DNA of 64,000 nucleotides from Octopus sinensis (GCF_006345805.1 NC_043011.1:64864464-64928463); one strand, 5' to 3'; positions 36,835 to 51,940 are shown, counted from the first letter of the stretch. Numbers and translations are program-made. The notes: generated by a model not told the origin, from the sequence alone.

Positions 36835-39275
36835 GTGAGTGAAACAATTTATTTATTATTAAAAAATTTTTAGCAAAATGAAATTCAAGTAGTAGTAGTA
36901 GTAGTAGTAGTAGTGTAGTAGTAGTAGTAGTTTTGTTGTTGTTGTTGTTGTTGTTGTTGTAGAAGTAGCAGCAGTGGCAGAAGAGAGAAGAAAACGAAAA
37001 AGAAGAAGAAGGAAAAGATGAAGTAGAAGTAGGAGGAAGAGGATTATAATCCATAATACACTGAGAACATTTTCTTCCGGTTTATCATGATTGCAGTTCA
37101 ATTTCTAAACAGATATTCATCTATTTTTTTCCGTTGATAAGATAAGAGGCAACCAATTGATGCAGGTCATTAAGTCTATTAATGAGATCACCTGTACAGG
37201 TGACTTTTCATCAGGTTACACGCTTAGCTCTGAAGAAAGGAAACTGTATTTGCATTATTGGTCAAAACATCTCTATCACTTTATGTAAATTTCTAGTAAA
37301 TGTCAACGTTATTAATTAAATTAATCCACTAATTAAAAATGAGTACCACGTAAACACATTTTTTACTTGAATATTACAGATAAGAAGCCCCACATGAGTC
37401 AACGGTCTGCATTGTAAATTTAAACAGCATGTTATTGGCAGTTCTTGTATCAACCATATTTTAATGGAATTCGAACATATGTTGAAAGATTTAATAAAGA
37501 TTTAACACATATTTTTGATAGTTTTGCATTGTATAATCTCTTATCTTCATTATATAAAAAATGTAAGTATATAAAGAACTCCGAAATTTAATTTTTATTA
37601 TAACGTCAAATAATACCATATTCACTTCTTCGCTTCAATAGAAACTTTCTTTACAATTTTACTTTTTTATTCAATCCAATGCCGCAAAGGTCTTATTAGT
37701 AGCTTGACATAATCCTCAAATCGATTAAATTTTAATACCACTTCAATATGAAAGGGTTACTAGACTACTTGTTTTTAATAAAATATAAATATTTACCTCA
37801 ATTTCAACATGATCTCTTTCGAAGTAGTGCAGATATACACCGGTCCCAATCTTCGTGATTCTTTTAGAATCCGGGCAGGAAATGCTTTTCCGGAAGCGAT
37901 TCAAAGACTTTCGGCGATTGGAGCACCTTCTCCGATTTGAGGACCTTCTGCGATTCGAGGACCTTCTGCGATTCGAGGACCTTCTGCGATTCGAGGGCCT
38001 TCTGCTATTCGAGGACCTTCTGCAATTCGAGGACCTTTTGCGATTCGCTATGGAGCTCGACAACGATGTAATAACTGCGACCTCTGAACCGCATTTCCGT
38101 TTTGGGGCAGAGATGACATTCAGCAGGTTCCAGCTCAGGCAATTAGGGAGAATGCAGAAGTGATATCATTTTCTTTTTTTTTTTCCTTTTTGAGAAACTC
38201 ACGTGTGAGAGGATCTCAGTTACAGAGTGCTATGTCATCGTGAAGAATCCGATTCTTCAAGCTCCATATACATGCGGCCTTTCGCGGAAGATTCTCCAAC
38301 AAAAGCTTCAAAATGTCATTGTTTATCCTTTGACGATCTTCATGCACAAACTGATGATAATTTCTCCATATTTCGTCGTAGGTGACTTGTGGCACGTCTT
38401 TGAAATAATTTATCTTCTTCCAGAGAAGTTCTTCCGGTTTTGGAGCGCTCATGCAATCCGAAATATTGCGTACATCTCATTGCCTTGTCGCCGTAAGCTT
38501 CACAAAGCAAGCTTAATGTCTCTGTATCAGACTTCTCAATATAATCCAATGTTTGACGTTGGCTCTTTGTTTCAGCTCTCTGCGCTTGACAAGATAGCAG
38601 CGAAAAGCATACACGTGATCACATCAACTCAAATTTCATAACTTGGGAATTAAAGACAGTGATTTCTGTCCGTAGACAGACACACGAATACCACCGCTAC
38701 CTCCCACTGTGTACGCAACCATGTACTGCCCTGTTTTTCGCGCTACAGGGAACGATTGGTACCACCACGTATCGTTGCTTCCAAGTAAAATGGTGAAGAT
38801 TAACCTCATTTTATAAATTACAATTTATAAATCGCAGCATGTCCATAAGTTGTATTTCTATATAACACAGACGTTCTGTTTATATTATTTATTAATACTC
38901 AACGTTAACAAAGGCATAACAAATTGATTTCAAAGTTCTCTGATAATGCTAGTTGTATTCATATTTACTGATATAACACAATCAGGTTGCTTGAATGTTT
39001 ATATTGTCTTTTGTCAGTGTTAACATTGTATTAATGTATACATACATCCATTCATATTTAATATGACTTGCACATGTTATATCGCATAGAGTATAAATTT
39101 ATAGGGGTAATTCTTCACCATGTTTTTAGTATATCATTAGGAAAATAATCGGTAAATAAACAGAGGTTGAATAGTAAATTCGTGTGAAGAGGAGAATCAT
39201 ATATATAGTATGTTTTCAACTAAAACCATACATGCAAATTAATAGAGATAAGTATAAGTATAACTTCATTCACAT

Positions 39276-39333
<58 letters not shown>

Positions 39334-40597
39334 TAATAATAATAATAATATATCAAAATGCGGAAATTATAATACACATAAAATATTCATGTGCACATAG
39401 ATCTCTACATATTTCGGTGTTTATATAGACGCATGTGTTCACGTATGTTAATACTCATAATGAAATATGCAAATTTAGTCTACACTGGCAACACCTATAA
39501 ACGCATATTTGCAATTATAAACTTTCTTCAATTCCACACTTATAATCATATTGAAAAGAAATGGTAAAAAAACATATCCTTTTGTTTATACGATTTCAAA
39601 AATTTACTTTGTATTTCATTCATTGTTTGCAATGTTTTCTCTCACACACGCTGTTTCTCTAATATAAACACACAGAAACTCGTCTGGTTTCATTCCGTTA
39701 TAACACGCATATCATATTAAAAGTTTTCAAATCCATCATTGGCCGTAAAATAAAACACGTGCATTATTTCGCTTGAACGCGGACACTTCGATAATTACCT
39801 TATCTGAAGGCTGCGAGCTGGCAGAAACGTTAGCACGCCGGGCGATATGCTTTCCCGCATTTCGCCTGCCGTTATGTTCTGAGTTCAAATTTCGCCGAGG
39901 TCAACTTTGCCTGTCATATTTTCGGGGTCGTTAAATTAAGTATCATCTGCGTACTGGGGTCGATGTAATCGACTGCCCTCCTCCCCACACACACAAAAGA
40001 TTTTAATAAAACATTGAAATATTCTTTGCTTAAAGAAAGATAACATATAAATATTATCGAACTAAAACCTACATTTTGAAAAGCACCCTCACTCGAAAAT
40101 ATTTCTAAAGGATAAAAATATTGTTTAACAAAAGCGAAATGAGAAATATTTACAGTAAAATAAAAAGAAACACATATAATTCCGTTGTCAAGTCATTGTC
40201 TAATCGAAAGTAGAGATATTCCCTTTTCAAATTAAGATTATTTTCGGGATATTTTCCCACTATGATCCGCTTGGGTATTTGTACCCTGAAAACTTGTAAT
40301 ATCTTAAAAAACCACTTGCCCGATTTACACGAAACTTGTTTTTTTTTCCGTTCATATTACCATTTCAGGCTAAATATATTTCATTGTATTTTTCCATTAT
40401 GCGCTACTTTGGGTGGATAAATTTAAAAGCGGTCTATCAAGGAAGATCCAAACTGATTTCTAATGCACTTTATATATATATATATATTATATATATATAT
40501 GGGGGTATGTATGTGTGTGTGTGTACGTGTGTGGGTGTGTGTATATGAACTTCGAGCAGATATGCAATCCATTATTATTAATATTATATATATATAA

Positions 40598-43260
40598 ACG
40601 GCCACTCCAGCCCCACATGGATAAATAAACACATACATCCCCTAAAAATAATATAAAAAAAAAAAAAAAAAAAAAAATGGGAGTAATCCCATTCACACCA
40701 ATTATATGTATACAATTATACACACTTGAATAATACATACTAGCCCTAATATACAGAACATACTAATAATCACCAACTAACCACCATCACAAATGAAACC
40801 CACACCCATACAATGACAATACTCCCCCATACCCTATTTACACCTACATAGTAATCCCAATATATTCTTTCATACATGGACGCAAGTGCGTGAAGCACAT
40901 GAACATAATTAGTACGTACAACCCCTAATACACACTAATATATACGTATCAAGCTCGACCTCCACAGTGATAAGTTTACACGCAATCACACCCAGATGGG
41001 TGAATTGCACAACCAGTGAATGCTCACACATACGGGCGCGATTACATTGTTGCATATATCGAGCCAAAATAGTATGCATATGTACATGTGAGGGGTACAC
41101 GTAAATGAAGTGAGCGTGTACCCCCTGTATTTATACCCGTGCGTGAATATACACATGGAGACTACCACACAGGTACAAATGTGTTTAGAAATGGGAGCCC
41201 CATCACTACACTTAATGTATACTCTCACCCATCCGCACGGATGTGTAAGTGTATCTCCGGTGTATATGTTGAGGCTTATATGTAGAGTTGTTGAAGGGAA
41301 CGTCGTTGAAATTGTGAATGAATGGGTAGAGTTGGGAATTGTAACTGGGTGGTGGACTAGTGTTGCTTGGAATTGTGAATGGATTAGGGTGGTAATGAGG
41401 TAGGCATTGAGTATGGGTTACTGTAAGTTGTTTGTTAGAGTTGCTAGGGTGAGCTAAAGCTCATAAATGTATATAATTGATTTTTCATGATAGTTTTTAA
41501 AGAATCCATTCATAATAAATTTTTTTTAAGTAGCGTTGGTTTGCTACGTGGAAATAGTTTTAGTTCCATTTATTATATTTCTCCATTCATACTATGAATG
41601 ACGTTTACTTTCTATGGCGCGTATTCTTTTTTTACATTAGTTATTTCCATGGTAACGTAATTTTTTTGGTTTTTTAACGGCTAAGAATCTAATTTCACTT
41701 CATATTTGTAACTGAATTGTAAGTATATATTTGATTTATCCTTATGTCATAATGTTATTTTTGATATTCTGGTTAATTACGATGTATTTATTGTTGTTTT
41801 CATAAGAGTGTTTATGTATATGAGATTGGTTGTGAGTTTTTAATTGTATAATTAATTTATTTATCTGTATGAGTGTGGGTGTAAATATTGTTGTATATAT
41901 CGAGTTTTAGTGAGTATGTATATGCGTATATGTGAGGGAGCATATGTATCTGTTGTGTGTGTGTGTTTTGCGTGTGTGTGTGTTTGTGTGTGAATGTGTA
42001 TTTGGGTTTGTTATTTAGGATTTGGGATGTATGTGTTAATTTGTCTGTGTGGGGAGGGAGTGGTTTTTGGTGTATATTGAGGTTTATAAGTTAGTATAGG
42101 TTTGTGTATAAGTCTTGGGTCTGTGGTTTACGTGTGGGTTTTTTGTGTGTGAATGTTTAGGTTAGGGGGATTGCTATATAAGTTTGTTATAGGGTTTAGC
42201 AAAGGGAGATTTTATCGTTATATGCTTTATGAGTTTTGGTTTATCATGGTTTTTTTAGGTAATTCGTGGTATTTTGTCTATTTTAGGTGTTGGTTATTTT
42301 TTTACATTGTTTCATTCATAATTTTTGAGTGGTGTTCGTTTTGCCACGTGAATAACCGGGTGGTGGACTAGCGTTGCTTGGAATGTGAATGGAATAGTGT
42401 AGTAGTGAGGTAGGCATAGAGAATGGGATTGGGTTACTGCAAGTTGTTTGTTAGAGATGCTAAGGTGAGTTAAAGCTCATAAATGTATATAATGTTTTTT
42501 GTGGGTGTGTAGTATTGTTGTATATGTCGAGTTTAGTGAGTATGTATAGGCGTATATGTGAGGGAGTATATGTATCTTTTGTGTGTGAGTGTTTTGCGTG
42601 TGAGTGTGTGTTTTGTGTGTGAATGTGTATATGGGTTTGTTATTTAGGTTTTGGGATGTATGTTTAATTTGTCTGTGTGGGGAGGGAGTGGGTTTTGGTG
42701 TATATTGAGGTTTATAAGTTAGTATAGGTATGTGTATAAGTCGTGAGTCTGTGGTTTACGTGTGTGTATTTGTGTGTGAATGTTTAGGTTAGGGGGTTTA
42801 CTTTATAGGTTTGTTATAGAGTTTAGCAAAGGGAGATTTTATCGTTATATGTTTTTAAGAGTTTTGTTTTATCATGGTTTTTTTAGGGAATTCGTGGTAA
42901 TTAGTCTATATTTTCGATATGGATTATATATAGGTTATATATGGATTATATACTTATATTTTTTCATTTATACTTTAATTATTTAAAAGTATTATTTTTA
43001 TATTTTAAAATTTTGATTTTTTAGATTGGAAGTCCACCTGAAGATTGTCGATCAAGACAAGAAACGATTGTAGTGGTGTTTTTTGACTATTTATTAAATT
43101 TTATGTATTGATTAAGTCTTTCCTTGTTTTGTTTTGCAAAATAGTGGTTTTGTCTCAAATAATATTTTATAATATTTTACTATAAAATTGGATTTAATCC
43201 TAAATCTGATTTTTTTTCCCTGTAAATTTGGATATATTCCCTAATATTTATTATTTATAT
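40598..43260 (+). mobile_element. Copy-2-specific 2.7-kb low-complexity insertion in (TA)n, probably a Penelope 3' UTR plus pLTR with an inverted 5' piece
   Basis: Absent from the matching site near 8,060. C/A-rich at 40.6-41.0 kb, then G/T-rich at 41.3-43.0 kb. Internal imperfect duplications (41,345-41,475 vs 42,357-42,492; 41,875-42,275 vs 42,500-42,900). Hammerhead at 43,034. Confidence 0.55.
43034..43076 (+). ncRNA. Minimal type I hammerhead ribozyme (intact core)
   Basis: CCAC-CUGAAGA-UUGUC(GAUCAA)GACAA-GAAA-C-GAUU-GUA/GUGG. Stem I CCAC:GUGG and stem II pair perfectly. Predicted cleavage after 43,072. Confidence 0.75.
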
Positions 43261-44137
43261 TTATATATTATATTATATATATATATTATATAATAATATA
43301 TATATAATATATATATATAAAAGTACATTACAATCGTCTTGGATCTTCCTTGATAGACCGTTTTGAAAGTTACTCAGCCAAACTGACGCATAATGGGAAA
43401 ATACAATGAATTAAATTTTTGCTTCCCTCACTTTTTGTTTACTAAAATTCACTCAAAAGTACTCGGACGACGCGAATCTGACACAGAGGACATTAGCGCC
43501 ATATCCAATCATGTGGGACTGAACCCGAAAACATTGGATTGGGTCGTAAACTCTTTATCACTAACAAAACCTTAGGTACACACAAAAAAAATATAGGCAC
43601 AGACAACCATACACATATGTGCCATTGTGTGCGTACGAGTTGATTGGCAACATTAAGTGTTGGCAATATAAACTGCCATATTGAATATAATATATTACCA
43701 TACAATAAACAAGAGAATATAAATCTAGTTTCCAATTTATACTTAAGCAAAAACACCTGTTTCAGCGCTTTTAACTCTTCAGAAAAAGCCGTACGTAGCA
43801 GAAACGTCAACAGCAAATATAGAGAGCAGGAAACAGAATCCTATCTACAATGAAAATTATTATATGTCTACTGTTCCTTCTTTTTGGTAAGACGTTCTTT
43901 CAAAAAGCAGTACTCAAAAAGCAACGGGTGACACACGCCCGGAACAAATGGACGCAAAGAAATGCATGAATGTATATATGTGGATATGTAACTATTTATC
44001 TGTCTGTATGTATGTCTGTCTATCTATCTGTCTATTTGTATAATATATATGTAAGCATGTATATGTATGAATGAAAGTATAAAATATATAATATTGTTTA
44101 TTATACATATATGTATGTGCGTGTGTGTATATATATG

Positions 44138-44168
<31 letters not shown>

Positions 44169-44210
44169 AATGTATATATATATGTATGTATATATATTAT
44201 ATATATAATG

Positions 44211-44245
<35 letters not shown>

Positions 44246-44328
44246 GTGTGTACATATATATGTATATATATATATACATATATATGTATATATACATATA
44301 TATATATATGTGTGTGTATATACATATA

Positions 44329-44522
<194 letters not shown>

Positions 44523-45133
44523 AGTATGTTTAAATACTTGTTGTGCAAGATTTTTTCATGTGAAGTCGTATGTTGAAACATATATTGTTATATTTCGGAA
44601 TGGTCATTTTGCCAGTTTAGCCAATAAAAACACACGCACTATATATTTGGTGTTATTTTGCTTCAGTGTTATTTATTTTTTACACTAATCTTAATCTTAT
44701 TTCGGCCAGAGTTCTTTCGTCACACGCTTGTGACCGCATCAGTCGTCTTTTGTTTTCTTCTTTCTTATCTGTGTCTCTCCTTACAAACCGTCAGCCATTT
44801 TGTATTTCTATTGTATGTCTTCATTTGCGCATGCTTATATCTCTTTGTGCTTCTTTGTTTAATAGCGTGTGTATGTGGGGGGAGGCCTGTAATATTTGTA
44901 TCTTCCGTTTATATATACTTTACTTACTTTACTTATGAACATGTTTCAGTCATTTGACTGCGGCCATGCTGGAGCACCGCCTTTAGTCAAGCAAATCGAC
45001 CCAGAACTTATTCTTGCAAGCCCAGCACTTATTGTATCGGTCTCTTTTGCCGAACCGCTAGCTGACGGGGACGCAAACACACCAGCATCGGTTGTCAAGC
45101 AATGCTAGGGGGACAAAAAAGACCCACAACCCC

Positions 45134-45165
<32 letters not shown>

Positions 45166-45404
45166 CGACAGGCTTCTTTCTGTTTCCGTCTACAAAATCA
45201 CACACAAGGCATTGGTTGGCCCGGGGCTATAGCAGAAGACACTTGCCCAAGATGCCACGCAGTGGGACTGAACCCAGAACCATGTGGTTGGTTAGCAAGC
45301 TACTTCCCACACAGACACTCATGCGCCTATGTTCATGTAATTTGTATTTACATGTTTTTACATCCACTTATTATTATCATTACATATGCTTGTATGTATG
45401 TATG

Positions 45405-45435
<31 letters not shown>

Positions 45436-47869
45436 GTATGCATGTATGTATGTATGTATGTATAACGACAATACTAGTAATAATAATAATAAATCCTACT
45501 TCTTCTCAAAGATCATACACCCTATAATACGGATGTCACAAAATGTTTGTGACAGCACAGGAGATCTCAGCAGGATCAATGACTGTAACAACACTCGTGA
45601 CCTGACAGGATGTATGGTGGGTAGCATGGATGTGGTATCCCTATACCCATTGATCGACGTAGATTTTGCGGTGGAGAAGTGCGTGGAGATGATTAATGAG
45701 AGCCAGTTGCATTTCCGTAATGTCAACACAGAAGAACTGGGCCTCCTACTTAGACTGACATGTAATAATGAATACTTAGATAAACATAATCTTAGTAGTT
45801 TCTGACCCAGTAGATGTTTAAGAGGTAGACCGCCCACAATTACTTCTATGGCTAGGAAGACAGATATAGAAAGATGGCGCGGATGGAGCAGAGCCATACG
45901 GAGCCCCGCAAATGTCCATCAGGTAAAGAAAATGATCGCACATTCACTAGGAGCTAGTATAAGAGTTACCCTAAAAGGCCACACGTTTAAGTTTAATAAT
46001 AAAATATATGCCCAAGACAAGGGGACAGCCCTCGGCGTTAGTATCGCTGGTGATGTGGCCAACCTTTTCATGGTATGGTGGGACAGAAGGCTTAAAGAAC
46101 GCCTAACACAGAAATCAATCCTCGTAAACATGTACTCTCGCTATGTTGATGATATCAACATAGTGGTAAAGTGCACCCCCACAAGAGAGTACTGTTGATA
46201 TAGTACTATAAACTAATACTATGGAGAGCATCCAGAAAATAGCTAACTCCATCCACTAGAGTATTAAGTTCACAATAGACTACCCCACTAAACACCCCAA
46301 CCATCGACTACAAGTACTAGCCACTGAACTCTGGCTAGAAATTGTGAATAATGAAACCCAAATCCTTCATGCGTAATATGCCAAACATATGGCCTCAAAA
46401 TACTTGATCCACTTGCCAAATTCAATATTTTGATGGCAGACCTCGTCAGAATAATGAGAGATGTGTCACGCATGTGCGAGCCCACAGAGTTAAAGAGACA
46501 CATACAGTATTTCATTCACCGCATGCAGCTCTCAGGTTACATCCATAAAGAAAAGATCAGAGTATACAAAGGAGCCATGAAGAAATTTGATAATATATTA
46601 TGTAATGATAGGAATGGTATTTACCCACTCTATAGGAACAAGTCATGGAACACTATAGAAAGGACAAAAAAGAAAAATAGGGAAGGCCAACTCTTGGTAT
46701 GATAGCCATAAATACCAGAGTGTCATGTTCGTTGACACCACCCCTGGAGGTGAACTGGCGTACCGCTTAAGAAGGACCCTAGACAAACTTAAGCTAAGAA
46801 TTAAGGTTGTTGAAAAGCCAGGCAACACTATCAAATCTATAATTGGTAGAACCTATCATTTTAGTAGAACCCCCTGTACGGATAAGTACTGTACTGTATG
46901 TAGATTTAGCCCACAAACAAACTGTGAAGCCAGAAATGTACTCTAGAGTATAAGATGTATAGAGGGACGATGCAGTAACAAGACAATGACATACGTAGGG
47001 GAAGCGGCAAGAAGCATAAGAGAGCGGGTAAATGTTCATTGGAGACAATTCAAGTAAGGTAAAATCTCATCGATTCTGTACCAACACGCCGACCAGGAAC
47101 ACGGGGTATCAATCAATAACATAGAAATTAAAATATTATCCCCACATAGAACAAATGCAACAATTAGACAAATTACACAAGCTACACACATAATAGAAAA
47201 TAAACCTAACTTGAATAGAAAACTAGAATGGAGCAATAGCACACACCACAACATATGACGATAGAGGATCCTGAAAACATAATAAATACACAGATAAATA
47301 AAAAAAATAGAAATAAAAAACCATATATATATATTTTTTTTTCGATTCGATTTATTATTTTTATTACAAGTACCGTTGTTATACATACATACATACATAC
47401 AAGCATATATACATACGTACATACATACATAAGAGCATATGTAATGATAATAATAAGTGGATGTAAAAACATGAACAAAATAAGAATAAACAAAAACAAA
47501 AAAAAAACAAAATACAAATTACATCAACATATATAAACAGAAGATACAAATATTACAGGCATCCCCCCATATACACACACTAAATAAACATAGACGCACA
47601 TAGAGATATAAGCGTGCGCAAATGAAGACATACAATAGAAATACAAAATGGCTGACGGTTAGTAAGGGGAGATACAAATAAGAGAGAAGAAAACAAAGGA
47701 CCACTGATGCAGTCACAGGAGTGTGACGAAAGAACTCTAGCCGAAATAAGATTGGGATTAGTGTAAAAAATAAATAACACTGAAGTAAAGTAACTCTAAA
47801 TTTATAGTGCCTGTGTTTTTATTGGCTAAACTTGCAAAATGACCATTCTGAAATATAACAATATATACA

Positions 47870-47912
<43 letters not shown>

Positions 47913-48741
47913 ATACATATATATATATTGATGCATACATACCATACATAGATATATATATATATATATATGTATGTTTGTTTATGTATATTTGTATGTA
48001 TGCATATATATATATGTGTGTGTGTGTGTGTATGTGTGTGTGTGTGTTTATATATACGTACATGCCTATACATATGTATATGAGTATGTATATGAGTCGT
48101 GTGCGTGTGTGCGTGTGTTTGTTTGTGTGTATGTATATATAGGTTCAGATTATTCAAATCAAATATTTTAAATTGTTGTAAGTCTGATTATTTTGAATTA
48201 TTTCGAGTACGTATCAGAACTGCTTCAATTTGTTCATTATCGGGTCATCATTCTTAAAATCATTATCGTTTTCAATCAAATTCCTCTGCATTATGAAATT
48301 TGATGAATAAGGTCTCGTTTATTAACATTCGTGCTTATGCTTACACGCCGGTTACATGCAACATGACTCAGAGAACAATTTTTTCGGAGGAAAATACCTA
48401 AAATACTCAATGGTTATATGCTCAGACAACGTTAAATACTGACATTCCGCCTAAACTAGCAAAGAAAGTTTGGCAAGTTATCTTAATGTAAAAAATGCAA
48501 CAACAATTTAGTAAAGAACGATCATAAAAATAATGATCCCATCTATTCTAGAATGACTATAAGATGTTGTGGACATTTTGAAATAATATTTCCTTTAAGG
48601 AAGTAAAATGGCAGCATAAGATTCACAAGTATACGCACCATCATAATCCTAAATATTGCAGTAATCGTCTACTTATAGATTCAATCAAATAATATATACT
48701 CTGATCGAAAAGAAACGTTTCGTTATATATTAAAATTCTAG

Positions 48742-48841
48742 GTGATGCGAAATCCCAATTCTGTGAAAAGGCAGCCGAGAAATATTGCAAATATGTTCTG
48801 ATTCGTTATCCTGTAAATGTGCCAGATGAGATGTACTGCAG
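48742..48841 (+). CDS. Copy 2 coding exon 4 (GDAKSQFCEKAAEKYCKYVLIRYPVNVPDEMYC-R)
   Basis: aaaattctag|GT acceptor, GCAG|gtatat donor, 100 nt. Five substitutions versus copy 1, all amino-acid changing. Confidence 0.87.
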
Positions 48842-49988
48842 GTATATAATCAGCTTTTACAAAAATCCTTCATAAAACCACCAATAAAGTTTGCAACGTT
48901 TTACACAGAGGAGCAAATTAAGTTTCGATTAGAAAATTAATATTTGTAAATCTCACAACGAGAGATATTGAGCACCATACTTTGGAGTAAGAACTATTTG
49001 GCGATATAACTTGACAGTCCTTGTTTAGGACGAATGTTGCTGTAATTAAGCCTCAGGAGGCATCGGCTCCAGTTGGCTATACGACGCGATCTGCGTCCTT
49101 CTATTTTCTAAGGGATTCGTGATACACATATATTGTTTTTTGAGCTGAATGTGGATGCCAGTTTCGCTTGTTCCAAAATGTAAGGAAACAGATCGTGTCG
49201 TATAGCTAGAGGGAGATGATGGCACCTGGGGTTCAATTACAACAACATTCGTCATAAACCAGGACTGCCATTTTATGTTGGCAAACAATCTTTACTCCTA
49301 TGTTATGATTGTTTTGAAATGTAATCCACAAAATGCATCCCGTTTCCGGTTGTGGAAATTTTCCATCATTCTAGCAACCCTCAAACAAAATATTATTGCA
49401 TTTGTTGATAGATCGAAAATGAAAGAAAAAATTACTTGTTCCATTGGTTCAAAACCCATTTTCCCATTGCGGTTTCAACACTATTTATCCATTGATGCTA
49501 TACAAACAATTTCTATCATAGACTCATACGTTCCCTTTGCCAACTGGTCTTCATGTAAAACTAATTGTATTTCTAAATAACATCATTTCCGGCACAAAAA
49601 TATAAAATTGGATATTCGCACAGACGTAAAGCGACCACAGAAGTTTAATACATCAGATATTGTAATATATCGGACTGGCAGAATAGTTAGTTCGCCGGTC
49701 CAAATGCTTAGCGGCTTTCCGTCCGTCTTTACCTTCACTGTTCCATATTCTGCCGTATTCGATCTTCGCTTCCGTCTTGCCAGGGACGTTAAAATAACTA
49801 CCAGTGGGGCTCAAGGATGATATAAATTTGAAACCAATGTCACACATATTGTAAACTTATACGTGCCACTTGACGCCAATTATGGTTTTCAATTCATACA
49901 TTCATATTTTGAGATAAGAAAAGAAACTATATTGGTTATTGTTTCTCATTATAATTACCAAAACTTCAAAAACGTTTTTGTCTTGTAG

Positions 49989-50077
49989 ACGTCTATGGTT
50001 GTTTGAAGCCTGTTTTATTTATGTAGATAGTCCCTGTAAAGGGATTATTCACAAAACCCGTACGGATTATTGCCCTC
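49989..50077 (+). CDS. Copy 2 coding exon 5 (RLWLFEACFIYVDSPCKGIIHKTRTDYCP)
   Basis: tcttgtag|A acceptor, CCTC|gtaagt donor, 89 nt. Four substitutions versus copy 1, all amino-acid changing. Confidence 0.88.
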
Positions 50078-50163
50078 GTAAGTAATTTGTCGTATTATTA
50101 AATGTGTTATATGAACAAAATAATTTGAAATCAAATTTTACTTTTGCTGGACTGTATTTTCAG

Positions 50164-50201
50164 ATAACAAACCAGGTCCCTCGCCATCGTACACAACTTA
50201 A
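50164..50201 (+). CDS. Copy 2 terminal coding exon 6 (HNKPGPSPSYTT*)
   Basis: ttttcag|AT acceptor, TAA stop. GGC GAC in copy 1 reads GGT CCC here. Confidence 0.8.
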
Positions 50202-51273
50202 GCTATTGGCTTCAATGTAACCCAATAAGTGCCAAATGTTTTATTCATATTTTGGGTGATTGCCAGGTGTCTTACGAGTTAAAATAATACACAGTAATTA
50301 AATTTCTTTCATATGTGAATTATTTTGGAAATTATATTTCTTTGGAAAAGTTCCAAATAGGGATCGCTGAAAAACAGCATATCTTTTCAATTGCAATAAT
50401 AGACATTTTAGTCGTTTTGAATCTATAGTATCGAGTGCTAATGTGTATGAAATATCAATGAATGTTATAGATAGGAAAACTAAAGAAAAACAAAACCGTT
50501 TTCAAAAACATTTTCTATTCTTGCTGTTCACAATTGTGGTTTATAACATAAAATGTCATTTAGAATAGCCAGAGTTAATAATGACACAATTTAACTGCTA
50601 AATATTAATAGACGTATGCCTGCAAGGCAATGTATATAAGCAGTTCAGCTTAAATACGAACAACCAACCGTTTAGTGAATTAGTATTTAGCAGATCCCCA
50701 AATGTGGCTCATGGCAGCCAATGGGTTTATTGAGCCTTCAGTCGCTTATCCATATATCAAAGTATTAGTTAATCGAGCACGACTGTTCGTACTGGTCACA
50801 GGCTATTCCTCTTAAATTTCTGTATTTACTAGATGAATGATATTATAGTGACGAAAATATTTTTTCCGTCACACTGCACAATCATTAGATAAAATTATTT
50901 TCTACATACGTTTCCATTCGGGCAATGTGAATGCTTGCCTTTTACAACGGGTCTTCATATGTGAGAGTATATTCTACGAAGGGAAGGGGGAAATAGCAGA
51001 AACAATGTAGTAGGATAATGAATAGTTACAAGAAGCAATCTATGCAATACAACAGAATATCAATTATAAAATCATTTTTGTAATTTATAAATTTGCGAGA
51101 AATAAAAGAAGGAAATAAAGGAGTCGACATGCTTATACTTCATTCTTTGGCTCAAAACAATACTGCAGCTTCTTTCATATTACGGTTAATGTATTTTGGT
51201 TGGAAGTCATTAAAAATTACTTATGGAGCGGTAAGGAAATTTTCCGTCATAAGGTAGGTCTACAGTGCTTTAG

Positions 51274-51325
<52 letters not shown>

Positions 51326-51327
<2 letters not shown>

Positions 51328-51379
51328 TCAACAATTGAGGGTAAAATTAATTAATTAATTTTACCCTCAATTGTTGAAA
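51326..51379. repeat. Perfect 54-bp palindrome in (TA)n
   Basis: tttcaacaattgagggtaaaattaatt|aattaattttaccctcaattgttgaaa, with no loop. Confidence 0.92.
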
Positions 51380-51405
51380 TTATAATATTTTGAATTTATA
51401 TATAT

Positions 51406-51466
<61 letters not shown>

Positions 51467-51886
51467 ATTATATATATATATATATATATATTAGGCGCAG
51501 GAGTGGCTGTGGGGTAAGTTGCTTGCTTACCAACCACATGGTTCCGGGTCCAGTCCCACTGCGTGGCACCTTGGGCAAGTGTGATCTACAATAGCCTCGG
51601 GCCGAACAATGCCTGTGAGTGGATTTGGTAGACGGAAATTGAAAAAGCATGGCGTATATATGTATATATATATATGTATATGTGTGTGTATGTGTTTGTG
51701 TGTCTGTGTTTGTCAGACCAACATAGCTTGACAACCGATGTTGTTGTGTTTATGTCCCCGTAACCTAGCGGTTCGGCAAAAGAGACCGATAGAATAAGTT
51801 ACTAGGCTTACACAGAATAAGTCCCAGTGCTCCAGTATGGCCGCAGTCAAATGACTGAAACAAATAAAGAATAATATATATATATT

Positions 51887-51940
<54 letters not shown>

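Noticed and set aside
40598-43260. Mitochondrial insertion (NUMT), suggested by G/T skew and F/L/G/Y-rich ORFs at 42,153 and 42,780
   Set aside because: No recognisable mitochondrial protein, rRNA or tRNA. Internal duplications and a hammerhead point to a Penelope-type origin.
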